35,233 bases of DNA from a virus (Duplodnaviria; Heunggongvirae; Uroviricota; Caudoviricetes), in the IMG/VR virus record IMGVR_UViG_2529292998_000007, positions 1 through 35,233 of that record; one strand, given 5' to 3'. The translations under genes and the position numbers were made by a program. Positions 19,093-28,312 of the stretch are shown here, one piece after another. The notes under the pieces were generated by a model. That model searched no databases. It was not told where the DNA came from and was given only the letters and a program-made list of their open reading frames with translations. Each line of letters starts with the position of its first letter. Within the stretch, counting starts at the first letter, position 1.

Positions 19093-19836
19093 TTAACTGG
19101 CTTTCTTTTTCGGGCGTCCACGTTTTGCCGGTGTCACGCTCCGGGTCTTACGCGGAGTGCGGGTGGCCGCTTTGGGCTGCGGCTCCGGCTTCGGTTTCAG
19201 CTCCCGCTCCAGTCGTTCAATCTCTTTTTTGACGCCTGCCTGACAGTCGAGCTGTGTCGCACGTTGCAGGTGCGCCAGCGCACCGGCGGCATCACCACCG
19301 TCACGCAGAAACAGACCGGTGATTTTGTGCAGCTTTGCGCGCACTTCATCAGGCATGTCAGCCGTGGCGGTCAGTTCGAGGGTGTCCGTCAGCAGGCGGG
19401 TATCCACAGACTCACCGGCAGCGTGGGCGCGCATGGCCGCAAGTGCCACCTCCTCGGTGAACATGTACGGCGGGGTGCGGCGGTGTTTACCCGGCATGGT
19501 CAGACCGTACTTCAGGGCATAACGGGCAATCTCCAGCGCACCGGCAATATCGCCGGTATCCAGACGCCACAGCATGACCGTCATCAGAATGTCATCCTGT
19601 GCACCTTTGCCCTGCTCCAGCACGCCGTTCACCCACGGCAACCAGAACGGCAGCAGTTCGCGTTTTTTCGCGGCCTTCAGCTCTTTTGAATAAATCGCTT
19701 TCAGTGTGCGCTGGTCTGCGGCCAGCTTGACCAGCATCTGCTCATAGACAGTTGCATGTCGCAGCGGGGCGGCTTCCCGCTGCGCGGTCATCGCTGCCGA
19801 GACCCGCATCATGTGGCGCTGTGCGGGACTCGTCAT
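19093..19836 (-). CDS. M: Terminase endonuclease (small) subunit M
   Basis: 247 aa with a basic C-terminal tail; position and size match P2 gpM. Confidence 0.88.
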   Translation of the reverse strand: MTSPAQRHMMRVSAAMTAQREAAPLRHATVYEQMLVKLAADQRTLKAIYSKELKAAKKRELLPFWLPWVNGVLEQGKGAQDDILMTVMLWRLDTGDIAGALEIARYALKYGLTMPGKHRRTPPYMFTEEVALAAMRAHAAGESVDTRLLTDTLELTATADMPDEVRAKLHKITGLFLRDGGDAAGALAHLQRATQLDCQAGVKKEIERLERELKPKPEPQPKAATRTPRKTRSVTPAKRGRPKKKAS

Positions 19837-19839
19837 CGG

Positions 19840-20913
19840 TTACGCTCCCGGCTCTGCGGTCGCCCTGGCCGGTGTGGAGAAATCACCGACCTTAATTTTT
19901 TCCACCAGACAACCGGCGGCATAGTCTTCCACCACGTAATCAATGTTCATTGACTCGTAGTTCTCCACGCGGTCGAGTTTCGGGTTTTCCACAATCACGC
20001 GGCGATGGCTGTCATCCATGTAGTAGATGGACAGGTTTTCCAGCTTCGTGATGAGCATCGCATCCGCCGGGAAGTACGGGACGCGTACCGCCGGCAGGTT
20101 ACCGATGCGTTTCTGGCTGATGATGACGTCAGCGGCCAGCATCTCGCTGTTATCCTGCTCCTTGTTGACGATAGGGAAATACTTGTCCGCCAGTAGCTGA
20201 CGTCCCACAATCACCACAAGGTCAGGGTCTTCCTGATACCACGGTTCAATCAGGTTGTTGGTCGCATCCATCACCAGTGCATCAAGGCTGGCATAATCAC
20301 CGCCCTTACCCACGCGGATAACCTCAGAGGTCGTGCGACCTTCCTCGTCAGTGACCTTGCTCATCACGCGCGCCGGGGCTTCATTGCGGTATTTCTGCAG
20401 CCAGCCGACCGCCACATCCTGCAGCATCGGATTGCTGCTGCGGTCAGAGGTTTCGGCACGCTTCACGCCGTTAAAACCGGCCATGATGAAATCAAGGGAC
20501 TGGCGTTTGATAATGGCGTTACGGACACGGAGCTGGAAATCCTGATAACGCGCCCACAGGTCAAGCGTTTTGTAGCGGATATAAAAATCGAAGTTAATCT
20601 GGTCGCATTCGTACTTGTTTGACGCCAGCTTCGAGAAGTCCTTCGGCTGACGCTCGGTGCCACCGGCGGTGTCGGTGGTGCTGGCGATGGAGCCGGTGAC
20701 ACCGATGCCAATTTTTTCCCCTTTCATTTCGCTGACCGGCACAATGTTGATGCGGGTCAGAAAGTCAGAGGACTCCTGCATGGTGTTCATCAGGGTCTGG
20801 GTGACCGACGGTTCAACGGTGAATTTTTTCGACACATCACCGGCGTCGATGCCGTTCAGTTCGGCAACACGGGACAGGTAGGCATTAAATTTAAAGCGGG
20901 TTTCCTGGCGCAT
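19840..20913 (-). CDS. N: Major capsid protein N
   Basis: 357 aa; position and size match P2 gpN. Confidence 0.9.
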   Translation of the reverse strand: MRQETRFKFNAYLSRVAELNGIDAGDVSKKFTVEPSVTQTLMNTMQESSDFLTRINIVPVSEMKGEKIGIGVTGSIASTTDTAGGTERQPKDFSKLASNKYECDQINFDFYIRYKTLDLWARYQDFQLRVRNAIIKRQSLDFIMAGFNGVKRAETSDRSSNPMLQDVAVGWLQKYRNEAPARVMSKVTDEEGRTTSEVIRVGKGGDYASLDALVMDATNNLIEPWYQEDPDLVVIVGRQLLADKYFPIVNKEQDNSEMLAADVIISQKRIGNLPAVRVPYFPADAMLITKLENLSIYYMDDSHRRVIVENPKLDRVENYESMNIDYVVEDYAAGCLVEKIKVGDFSTPARATAEPGA

Positions 20914-20971
20914 AGTTTTTCCTGAAATTAAGGGTTAATCGTGAAGGTTTTCCCGGACTGACTGACGCCGG

Positions 20972-21826
20972 TCAGCAGTTCGTCATCAGGGCGTCACCGC
21001 CACCACCGGTGGCCTTGCTGCGGCGCTGCTGGGTCAGACTTTCGGTGTGGTCGAGACTGTTTTTCAGGCGGGTGAATGCCTGGCTGGTTTCATCCGCCCT
21101 GTCAGTCACCTCCTGCTTAAGAGCGGAAAAGGCAGTTTCCATCTCAGCGAGGCGCTGCTCAGTGGCGCTCAGTTTTTCCTGCACATGTTCAGCAACAGCG
21201 GTCACCGCTTCATGCACGTCATTCAGACGGGCGTCATCGCTGGCCTGTTTGCGGCCAAAAATGGATTTCACCTTTTCGGTCAGGGCGGTGAACACGGTTT
21301 CAGGCAGGTCTTCAAATTCCAGCTCAACGGGCGTTGCCACTGAAATCAGGTTTTCAGGGCTTAATTTGAAGCGGTTCAGGGGGTTGTGTTTTGCGGTGCG
21401 GCAGAATTCCAGGTATTCCGTGCCGAGGCTTGCCGGGTCATCGGTGACGGCCAGCCCCACCAGATAACATTTGCCGGTGTTGGCAAAGTTCGGCTGAATT
21501 TCCATTGAGGTGTAGACCTTCTGCGCGGCCTTGTTCATCGCGATAAGGTCATCGGTCGGGGTGATTTTCGCAAACAGCGCCCATTTGCCTTTCAGCGCCG
21601 AATCATCGTCAATCTTTTCGGCCTTCAGTTCGACCACATCGCCATAACGTTTAAAAATACCGTCAGGCAGGATGCCGCGCAGATGTTCCAGGTTAATGCG
21701 GCAACCATAGACTCGCGGGTCAAAGTTTTCGGCCATTTCCTGAATATCCTGCGCACTGATGACACGCCCGTCACAGGTGTCACCCTCAACGCCGATACGA
21801 AAGAATTTTGAGACTTTTTTTGCCAT
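20972..21826 (-). CDS. O: Capsid scaffolding protein O
   Basis: 284 codons from the MAKKVSKFFRIGVEGDT start, the P2 gpO length; the six-frame ORF extends 22 codons further 5'. Confidence 0.85.
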   Translation of the reverse strand: MAKKVSKFFRIGVEGDTCDGRVISAQDIQEMAENFDPRVYGCRINLEHLRGILPDGIFKRYGDVVELKAEKIDDDSALKGKWALFAKITPTDDLIAMNKAAQKVYTSMEIQPNFANTGKCYLVGLAVTDDPASLGTEYLEFCRTAKHNPLNRFKLSPENLISVATPVELEFEDLPETVFTALTEKVKSIFGRKQASDDARLNDVHEAVTAVAEHVQEKLSATEQRLAEMETAFSALKQEVTDRADETSQAFTRLKNSLDHTESLTQQRRSKATGGGGDALMTNC

Positions 21827-21999
21827 TGTCAGGAGTCCTGAATAGTGATTAGAGGAGTCACATGTCGGCATCAGTTTCCCGACGATGCGCATCCTCCGCC
21901 ATCAGTCCCGGATGGCTTATCACTGACACAACAGCACCTTAGCGAATCGCGGGGCGCGACTCAGTAGCCTTGCCGTGTATTCATCACGGCGAGGTATTC

Positions 22000-23772
22000 A
22001 TGACCATCACCACAGACACCACTCTTTTACACGACCCGCGTCGTCAGGCGGCGCTGCTGTACTGGCAGGGGTTTTCCGTGCCGCAGATTGCCGCCATGTT
22101 GCAGATGAAACGCCCGACGGTGCAGAGCTGGAAACAGCGCGACGGCTGGGACAGTGTTGCCCCCATCAGCCGTGTCGAAATGAGCCTGGAAGCGCGGCTG
22201 ACCCAGCTCATCATCAAACCGCAGAAAACCGGCGGTGACTTCAAGGAAATTGACCTGCTGGGACGCCAGATTGAACGACTGGCACGGGTCAACCGTTACA
22301 GTCAGACCGGCAACGAGGCAGACCTTAATCCGAACGTCGCTAACCGCAACAAAGGCGGGCGTCGCAAACCGAAAAAGAATTTTTTCAGCGACGAAGCCAT
22401 CGAAAAGCTGGAGCAGATTTTCTTTGAGCAGTCTTTCGACTATCAGTTGCACTGGTATCGCGCCGGGCTTGAGCACCGCATCCGCGATATCCTGAAGTCC
22501 CGCCAGATTGGCGCGACGTTTTATTTTTCCCGCGAGGCGCTGCTGCGTGCCCTGAAAACCGGTCATAACCAGATTTTTCTGTCGGCCAGTAAAACGCAGG
22601 CGTATGTATTCCGTGAATACATCATCGCCTTTGCCCGTCTGGTTGACGTTGACCTGACCGGTGACCCGATTGTCCTGGGCAATAACGGCGCAAAACTGAT
22701 TTTTCTCGGCACCAACTCCAACACCGCACAGAGCCATAACGGCGACCTGTACGTCGATGAGATTTTCTGGATCCCGAATTTTCAGGTACTGCGTAAGGTG
22801 GCATCAGGTATGGCCTCACAGAGTCACCTGCGCTCGACCTATTTCTCCACCCCGTCCACGCTGGCGCACGACGCCTACCCGTTCTGGTCGGGTGAACTGT
22901 TCAACCGGGGACGCGCCAGCGCCGCCGAACGCGTGGAAATCGACGTCAGTCATAACGCCCTTGCCGGAGGTCTTCTTTGTGCGGACGGCCAGTGGCGGCA
23001 GATTGTCACCATTGAGGACGCGCTGAAAGGCGGCTGCACGCTGTTCGACATTGAGCAGCTCAAACGTGAAAACAGCGCCGACGATTTTAAAAACCTGTTC
23101 ATGTGTGAATTTGTTGACGACAAGGCATCGGTGTTCCCGTTCGAGGAGCTGCAACGCTGCATGGTCGACACGCTGGAAGAATGGGAAGACTATGCGCCGT
23201 TTGCCGCGAATCCGTTCGGCTCCCGCCCGGTCTGGATTGGTTACGACCCGTCACACCGTGGCGACAGTGCCGGATGCGTGGTGCTGGCACCGCCGGTGGT
23301 GGCCGGTGGCAAATTCAGAATACTTGAGCGTCACCAGTGGAAAGGCATGGACTTTGCCACCCAGGCGGAATCCATCCGCAAACTCACCGAAAAATACAAC
23401 GTCGAATACATTGGTATTGATGCCACCGGCCTCGGTGTCGGCGTGTTCCAGCTCGTGCGCTCGTTCTATCCCGCCGCGCGCGATATCCGCTACACGCCGG
23501 AAATGAAAACCGCAATGGTGCTCAAGGCAAAAGACGTCATCCGCCGTGGCTGTCTGGAATATGACGTCAGCGCCACCGACATCACCAGCTCGTTTATGGC
23601 TATCCGCAAGACCATGACCAGCAGCGGACGCAGCGCCACTTATGAGGCCAGCCGCAGCGAGGAAGCCAGCCACGCCGACCTCGCCTGGGCGACCATGCAC
23701 GCCCTGTTAAATGAGCCACTCACCGCCGGTATCAGCACCCCGCTGACATCCACCATTCTGGAGTTTTACTGA
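22000..23772 (+). CDS. P: Terminase ATPase (large) subunit P
   Basis: 590 codons from the MTITTDTTLLHDPRRQAALLYWQGF start, the P2 gpP length; divergent from O as in P2. Confidence 0.9.
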   Translation: MTITTDTTLLHDPRRQAALLYWQGFSVPQIAAMLQMKRPTVQSWKQRDGWDSVAPISRVEMSLEARLTQLIIKPQKTGGDFKEIDLLGRQIERLARVNRYSQTGNEADLNPNVANRNKGGRRKPKKNFFSDEAIEKLEQIFFEQSFDYQLHWYRAGLEHRIRDILKSRQIGATFYFSREALLRALKTGHNQIFLSASKTQAYVFREYIIAFARLVDVDLTGDPIVLGNNGAKLIFLGTNSNTAQSHNGDLYVDEIFWIPNFQVLRKVASGMASQSHLRSTYFSTPSTLAHDAYPFWSGELFNRGRASAAERVEIDVSHNALAGGLLCADGQWRQIVTIEDALKGGCTLFDIEQLKRENSADDFKNLFMCEFVDDKASVFPFEELQRCMVDTLEEWEDYAPFAANPFGSRPVWIGYDPSHRGDSAGCVVLAPPVVAGGKFRILERHQWKGMDFATQAESIRKLTEKYNVEYIGIDATGLGVGVFQLVRSFYPAARDIRYTPEMKTAMVLKAKDVIRRGCLEYDVSATDITSSFMAIRKTMTSSGRSATYEASRSEEASHADLAWATMHALLNEPLTAGISTPLTSTILEFY

Positions 23773-24806
23773 TGAGCAAGAAAAAAGGGAAAACACCGCA
23801 GCCAGCGGTGAAAACAATGACCGCCAGCGCCCCGAAAATGGAAGCATTCACCTTTGGTGAGCCGGTGCCGGTACTCGACCGCCGTGACATTCTGGATTAC
23901 GTCGAGTGCATCAGTAACGGCAGATGGTATGAGCCACCGGTCAGCTTTACCGGTCTGGCAAAAAGCCTGCGTGCTGCCGTGCATCACAGCTCCCCGATTT
24001 ACGTCAAACGCAATATTCTGGCCTCGACATTTATCCCGCATCCGTGGCTTTCCCAGCAGGATTTCAGCCGCTTTGTGCTGGATTTTCTGGTGTTCGGTAA
24101 TGCGTTTCTGGAAAAGCGTTACAGCACCACCGGTAAGGTCATCAGACTGGAAACCTCACCGGCAAAATATACCCGCCGTGGCGTGGAGGAGGATGTTTAC
24201 TGGTGGGTGCCTTCCTTCAACGAGCCGACACCTTTCGCGCCCGGCTCCGTGTTTCACCTGCTGGAGCCGGATATTAATCAGGAGCTGTACGGCCTGCCGG
24301 AATATCTCAGCGCCCTTAACTCTGCCTGGCTGAATGAGTCGGCCACGCTGTTCCGCCGCAAGTATTACGAAAATGGCGCACATGCCGGATACATCATGTA
24401 CGTCACCGATGCCGTGCAGGATCGCAATGATATCGAAATGCTTCGCGAAAACATGGTGAAGTCGAAAGGCCGCAACAACTTTAAAAACCTGTTTCTCTAT
24501 GCCCCGCAGGGGAAAGCTGACGGCATTAAAATTATCCCGCTCAGTGAAGTGGCAACGAAGGACGATTTTTTTAATATCAAAAAAGCCAGCGCCGCTGACC
24601 TGCTGGACGCGCACCGCATCCCCTTTCAGTTGATGGGCGGCAAGCCGGAGAACGTCGGGTCACTGGGCGATATTGAGAAAGTGGCAAAGGTCTTTGTCCG
24701 CAATGAACTTATCCCGTTACAGGACAGGATCCGCGAGATAAACGGCTGGCTCGGTCAGGAGGTCATCCGCTTTAAAAACTACTCACTGGACACTGACAAC
24801 GACTGA
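23772..24806 (+). CDS. Q: Portal (capsid vertex) protein Q
   Basis: 344 aa; position and size match P2 gpQ. Confidence 0.9.
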   Translation: MSKKKGKTPQPAVKTMTASAPKMEAFTFGEPVPVLDRRDILDYVECISNGRWYEPPVSFTGLAKSLRAAVHHSSPIYVKRNILASTFIPHPWLSQQDFSRFVLDFLVFGNAFLEKRYSTTGKVIRLETSPAKYTRRGVEEDVYWWVPSFNEPTPFAPGSVFHLLEPDINQELYGLPEYLSALNSAWLNESATLFRRKYYENGAHAGYIMYVTDAVQDRNDIEMLRENMVKSKGRNNFKNLFLYAPQGKADGIKIIPLSEVATKDDFFNIKKASAADLLDAHRIPFQLMGGKPENVGSLGDIEKVAKVFVRNELIPLQDRIREINGWLGQEVIRFKNYSLDTDND

Positions 24807-24975
24807 ACATCGCCGCCTGCGGGCGGCTTTTTTACATCCCGTCATCACGCCCTCACACGCTCACCACAGCACAAAACAGCCCGCAGACACAGCAACGCCC
24901 CGGCGCACAATCTAAACGCCATCACGACGCGCTGAGACGCTGAAAAAATAAAATCAGCACCACCGCCAGCGCGCA

Positions 24976-24994
24976 GTGCTTTCCCCGCCTCGCC
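24976..24994. other. cos site: 19-nt cohesive end, reverse complement of GGCGAGGCGGGGAAAGCAC
   Basis: The + strand reads GTGCTTTCCCCGCCTCGCC; together with adjacent sequence its reverse complement matches the left end of the P2 genome as I recall it. Confidence 0.75.
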
Positions 24995-25093
24995 CGCCCG
25001 CTTCGTGGGGCGGTTTTAATGCAGTTGCAGTTTTCTCCAAACAGCTTACCACCTCTGGACTTGCCCCGATTCAAAAACAAGCTGATATAAATG

Positions 25094-25123
25094 CAAAACC
25101 ATGCATGGTTATGCATGGTTTTG
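25094..25123 (-). terminator. Hairpin (13-bp stem CAAAACCATGCAT / ATGCATGGTTTTG, loop GGTT) just downstream of the ATPase gene stop
   Basis: Perfect inverted repeat read directly; T-containing tract on the minus strand after the stem; separates the cargo cassette from cos. Confidence 0.5.
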
Positions 25124-25127
25124 GTTG

Positions 25128-27065
25128 TTAGTTCAATAAATCTTTATCAAGAGCGGTATAATTTATCTTTAATGATTTATCATCTGGATTAAAATACCGA
25201 CCAACAATCAAATCGGTATTTTCATATTCTGGATTAATCTCCGATGTCGCATAAATTATTTGAAAATCATATTGATATGATTGAGTTTCTTGTACTATTA
25301 TTTTCTGCAGATTGTGACTGCGCTCTTTCTCCATTCCACCATCGTCAATTCCATCAAGCATTAGGAAACGAGGTAATCTCATGTATTTTTTTTCAATACT
25401 TGCAGTTAACAATGCTAAATGAAAGAGATGTCTTAATACAACTGCTGAACTTTCTGAAAAATACTTAGACCCATTTACATAAACAGTATTATCGGCAAAG
25501 CTAAAATTAACTTTTCTAGGATCAATAAATTCAGTCTGCAATGGAAGATCTTTTTTAAGAAGTCTTTTCATAATGTTTTCTATAGTTTTAGAAATATCCT
25601 TCTTCCTATATTCCTCTTTACTCTCCAAAGATTCAATTAAAGAGGACAATCTCTCCTTCTCTGACTGCAGACTATCACGATCTTTTTGCAAATCAGATAT
25701 TACATCACTAAGTTTTTGTAATTCACAAGCCTGTTTAATTTCTTCTTCAACACGTCCCAGAGCCTTAGTAAGAGTTTCAAACTCTATTTCATAGGCATTT
25801 TCCCAAACCTTAGAGACTTCTTCATATTCACGAATTAAATCTCGCACTTTTTGCTTTAAAGCAGGAGATTGGCTCTTAAGCTCTCTCAGTTTTACATAAT
25901 TATGCTCAAGAAGATCTCTGGATTCTTTTAATTGGATAGAAATCTCATTTTTCATCCTTAATAATTGAGGAGCATCACTACCCTCTGGCGCGTGATTTTT
26001 ACATAATGAGCACTCATTTTCAGAGGAAATATTCAACTCACTTAAACAACTGGGACAAAATTGAAATTTAACGTTGCTAAAATAGTCTCTGGCAATACTT
26101 GATTCATTAAGAGAGCGCAATCTGGATTCTAACTCATTAATGAACATTTCAGAGTCAGCTATCTCCATTTCTAACATATGGATACTGTCAATATTTTTTA
26201 CTTCTTCTTCCTTCGCTTTATTTAAATTTTTTCGAAGGTTGTTAGTTTTAGTTTTATCAGCATTTTTATCATTAACAGAAGAGTTATTACTCTCTTTGAG
26301 AGAGATAAGCTCGCCATTGATCTTTTCTTTCTTCTCTCTTAGCTCTTTTATTTTATCGTCAATAAAACTTACATGCTGCGATTGCCCAGAGCGTCCAAGA
26401 ACTTTAAATATGCTTTTCAGCTCAACAATTTTTGTCGAAAGTTCAGCATCAACCTGTTTAAGCCTAATCAAAGAGCTATAAAGTTTGTCATCAAATATAC
26501 CACATAAATAATCACCAATAGTCTCTCGTGTTAGAGCTCTATCAAAATTATCGTTCCTAAATATAGGACTATGAAGAGATGGCTGATCTGCATATAATAC
26601 ACGTAGGATTTGATGCATTGTTAAAATTGAAGCACCCTCTCCTTGAGCTAGAGGCATATCTAAAGCATTTAGAATTACCTGAGAAAAACTCAGTGATTTT
26701 TCTGAACGCTTAAAAGGATAAGTTTGCCACTGACTCGGTGATGAGTTAAGAGCTTTATCCATCGAGCCCCAAAAAATACTCAACGGTCGCATGGATTCTG
26801 AACTTATCTCCCGCTTAAAACAGGCAAGATTATTATTCAAAAGCACTTCAACCATGGTAAATGAACATAAAAGAGCTGTTGGTTTCAAGCTAATATTTTC
26901 AGCACCAAGTGAAAATGCTAAAAGATCCATAACAGTAGTTTTGCCAGAGCTATTTCGCCCCCTTATTACATTTACCCCTTTATGGAAAACACAGCTAAAT
27001 GCTTCATGCCCAGCTTGGAAAACTTTTAATTTACTAACAAAAAAAGATGGATTAAGAATAGTCAT
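25128..27065 (-). CDS. Rad50/SbcC/RloC-like ABC-type ATPase with central zinc-hook-like CxxC-x13-CxxC motif; last gene of the cargo cassette
   Basis: 645 aa; Walker A GRNSSGKTT at residues 35-43; long Lys/Glu-rich heptad-like segments flanking CPSC...CSLC at residues 337-355; C-terminal hydrophobic stretch ending in Asp (RFLMLDGIDDGG) consistent with Walker B; AT-rich. Confidence 0.7.
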   Translation of the reverse strand: MTILNPSFFVSKLKVFQAGHEAFSCVFHKGVNVIRGRNSSGKTTVMDLLAFSLGAENISLKPTALLCSFTMVEVLLNNNLACFKREISSESMRPLSIFWGSMDKALNSSPSQWQTYPFKRSEKSLSFSQVILNALDMPLAQGEGASILTMHQILRVLYADQPSLHSPIFRNDNFDRALTRETIGDYLCGIFDDKLYSSLIRLKQVDAELSTKIVELKSIFKVLGRSGQSQHVSFIDDKIKELREKKEKINGELISLKESNNSSVNDKNADKTKTNNLRKNLNKAKEEEVKNIDSIHMLEMEIADSEMFINELESRLRSLNESSIARDYFSNVKFQFCPSCLSELNISSENECSLCKNHAPEGSDAPQLLRMKNEISIQLKESRDLLEHNYVKLRELKSQSPALKQKVRDLIREYEEVSKVWENAYEIEFETLTKALGRVEEEIKQACELQKLSDVISDLQKDRDSLQSEKERLSSLIESLESKEEYRKKDISKTIENIMKRLLKKDLPLQTEFIDPRKVNFSFADNTVYVNGSKYFSESSAVVLRHLFHLALLTASIEKKYMRLPRFLMLDGIDDGGMEKERSHNLQKIIVQETQSYQYDFQIIYATSEINPEYENTDLIVGRYFNPDDKSLKINYTALDKDLLN

Positions 27066-27552
27066 ATCTAAACTCCATTAACTTCGTTCTATCTTTTAAA
27101 CCATCTTTTCCAACCAAATGGAATTTAGATAGTGTGTCTATGATAAATGTATTAATAGTTTTATTCGTATTAATAAAATTATTAATAGAAAGTAATAAGC
27201 CATCTGGAACAGACTTATCTGTTCTCTTTATAATGTTTTTCTCAAGACAATCCATCTCAACCAACCCAGTAGCTGCAAGACATCTTATTGCTGCCATTTG
27301 AATTTCATACATATCTCTGAATGTAGATGTAACATTAATAGGATCCCGATATATATTAGAATACTTCTTCGCTTCTTTCTTCATTGAAGAATAATTATGA
27401 GGCATTCTAATTTCAGATACCAAAGCAGGAAATAGCAGATAGAAGTCCAAAATCCTAGCCTTATCTACCTCAATTTCATTTACATGGTCTATAAGAGCAA
27501 TCATTCTGAATAAACAATGATATGCATCATATGCTGGATGGTAAATTAGCAT
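27052..27552 (-). CDS. Hypothetical 166-aa protein, third gene of the cargo cassette
   Basis: ORF overlapping both neighbours (by 7 bp upstream, 14 bp downstream), suggesting translational coupling; AT-rich; no recognisable motif. Confidence 0.55.
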   Translation of the reverse strand: MLIYHPAYDAYHCLFRMIALIDHVNEIEVDKARILDFYLLFPALVSEIRMPHNYSSMKKEAKKYSNIYRDPINVTSTFRDMYEIQMAAIRCLAATGLVEMDCLEKNIIKRTDKSVPDGLLLSINNFINTNKTINTFIIDTLSKFHLVGKDGLKDRTKLMEFRYDYS

Positions 27553-28109
27553 TTATCCCACCTTATATGGCAATTGCCACCCAGAAAAAATAGTAATCCC
27601 AAGAGATCTTTTGCTGTTAGCTCTAGCAAGTTCTCTCCCAAAGACGAATATAATTCATCAATTATTGAAGCGATTTTCTCATCAACAATCACTCTGGAGC
27701 TATCCGCTTCTATAAGTGGTGTTACTTTCGTTATAAAATCAAAATGAATTTGATCTAAAATTATTACAAATATTCTTTGTGCAGTTTTTGACGTCTGGCG
27801 ACGCATTATGGCTTTTGTCGCTTTTTCCTTCATCTGCTTAGCTAAAAACAACAAATCTTTTCTATTACTCTCGAGTAATTTAGCGTCTAACCCCCGAACA
27901 TCAATATCAGGCTGAAGGGACATATAATGCTCTAGTTCAGCACAAAACCCCGGAACCGCTTCCCCTATATCACCTCTCTTCAAACACTCATAAAGTTTCT
28001 GTATCTCCCTGTTAGTTCCTTTAACAGGATAATTGAATATATGATTAGTCTGATCACCAGAAATTATGTTGCCATTTGTTACGGTATTTCCTGACTGTTC
28101 GATAGACAC
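27546..28109 (-). CDS. Hypothetical 187-aa protein, second gene of the cargo cassette (Gly/Asn/Thr-rich N-terminus)
   Basis: ORF in the same operon-like arrangement; its N-terminus QSGNTVTNGNIISGDQTNH resembles the C-terminus of the upstream 63-aa ORF. Confidence 0.55.
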   Translation of the reverse strand: MSIEQSGNTVTNGNIISGDQTNHIFNYPVKGTNREIQKLYECLKRGDIGEAVPGFCAELEHYMSLQPDIDVRGLDAKLLESNRKDLLFLAKQMKEKATKAIMRRQTSKTAQRIFVIILDQIHFDFITKVTPLIEADSSRVIVDEKIASIIDELYSSLGENLLELTAKDLLGLLFFLGGNCHIRWDKC

Positions 28110-28120
28110 ACCAACACCTC

Positions 28121-28312
28121 TTAATGTGACCTATCCTGATTACCGCCAACAATACTTCCATTTGTAACACTGTTACCAGTTTGAGTAACTGTATGATTGT
28201 TTGAGTTCACGCTGGAATTACCAATTTGCTTTCTAGATGAAAACACGACACGAATCGACCAACCAGCTCCCAGTCCGACAAAGAAAGTGATGATATGTGT
28301 AATCCACTCCAT
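28121..28312 (-). CDS. Hypothetical 63-aa small membrane protein, first gene of the cargo cassette
   Basis: N-terminal hydrophobic helix (WITHIITFFVGLGAGWSIRVVF) followed by an Asn/Ser/Thr/Gly-rich tail; 12 bp upstream of the next ORF; could alternatively be a remnant of a duplicated 5' end. Confidence 0.4.
   Translation of the reverse strand: MEWITHIITFFVGLGAGWSIRVVFSSRKQIGNSSVNSNNHTVTQTGNSVTNGSIVGGNQDRSH

Noticed and set aside
22027-23700. Long antisense ORFs (236, 149 and 112 aa) within the terminase P gene
   Set aside because: They lie antisense to the strongly conserved 590-aa terminase; a GC-rich frame artefact.
24922-25116. 64-aa minus-strand ORF spanning the cos region
   Set aside because: It overlaps the cos cohesive-end sequence and the hairpin downstream of the ATPase gene; P2-like phages have no gene here and the translation is low-complexity.
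25128-27065. Annotating the 645-aa ATPase as P2 Old, Gabija GajA, PARIS AriA or Lamassu LmuB
   Set aside because: There is no Toprim or other nuclease domain after the ATPase C-lobe and no adjacent Toprim/DUF4435, HNH or large LmuA-like effector gene; the partner genes do not match those systems by size or by any motif I can see. A remote relationship cannot be excluded without profile searches.
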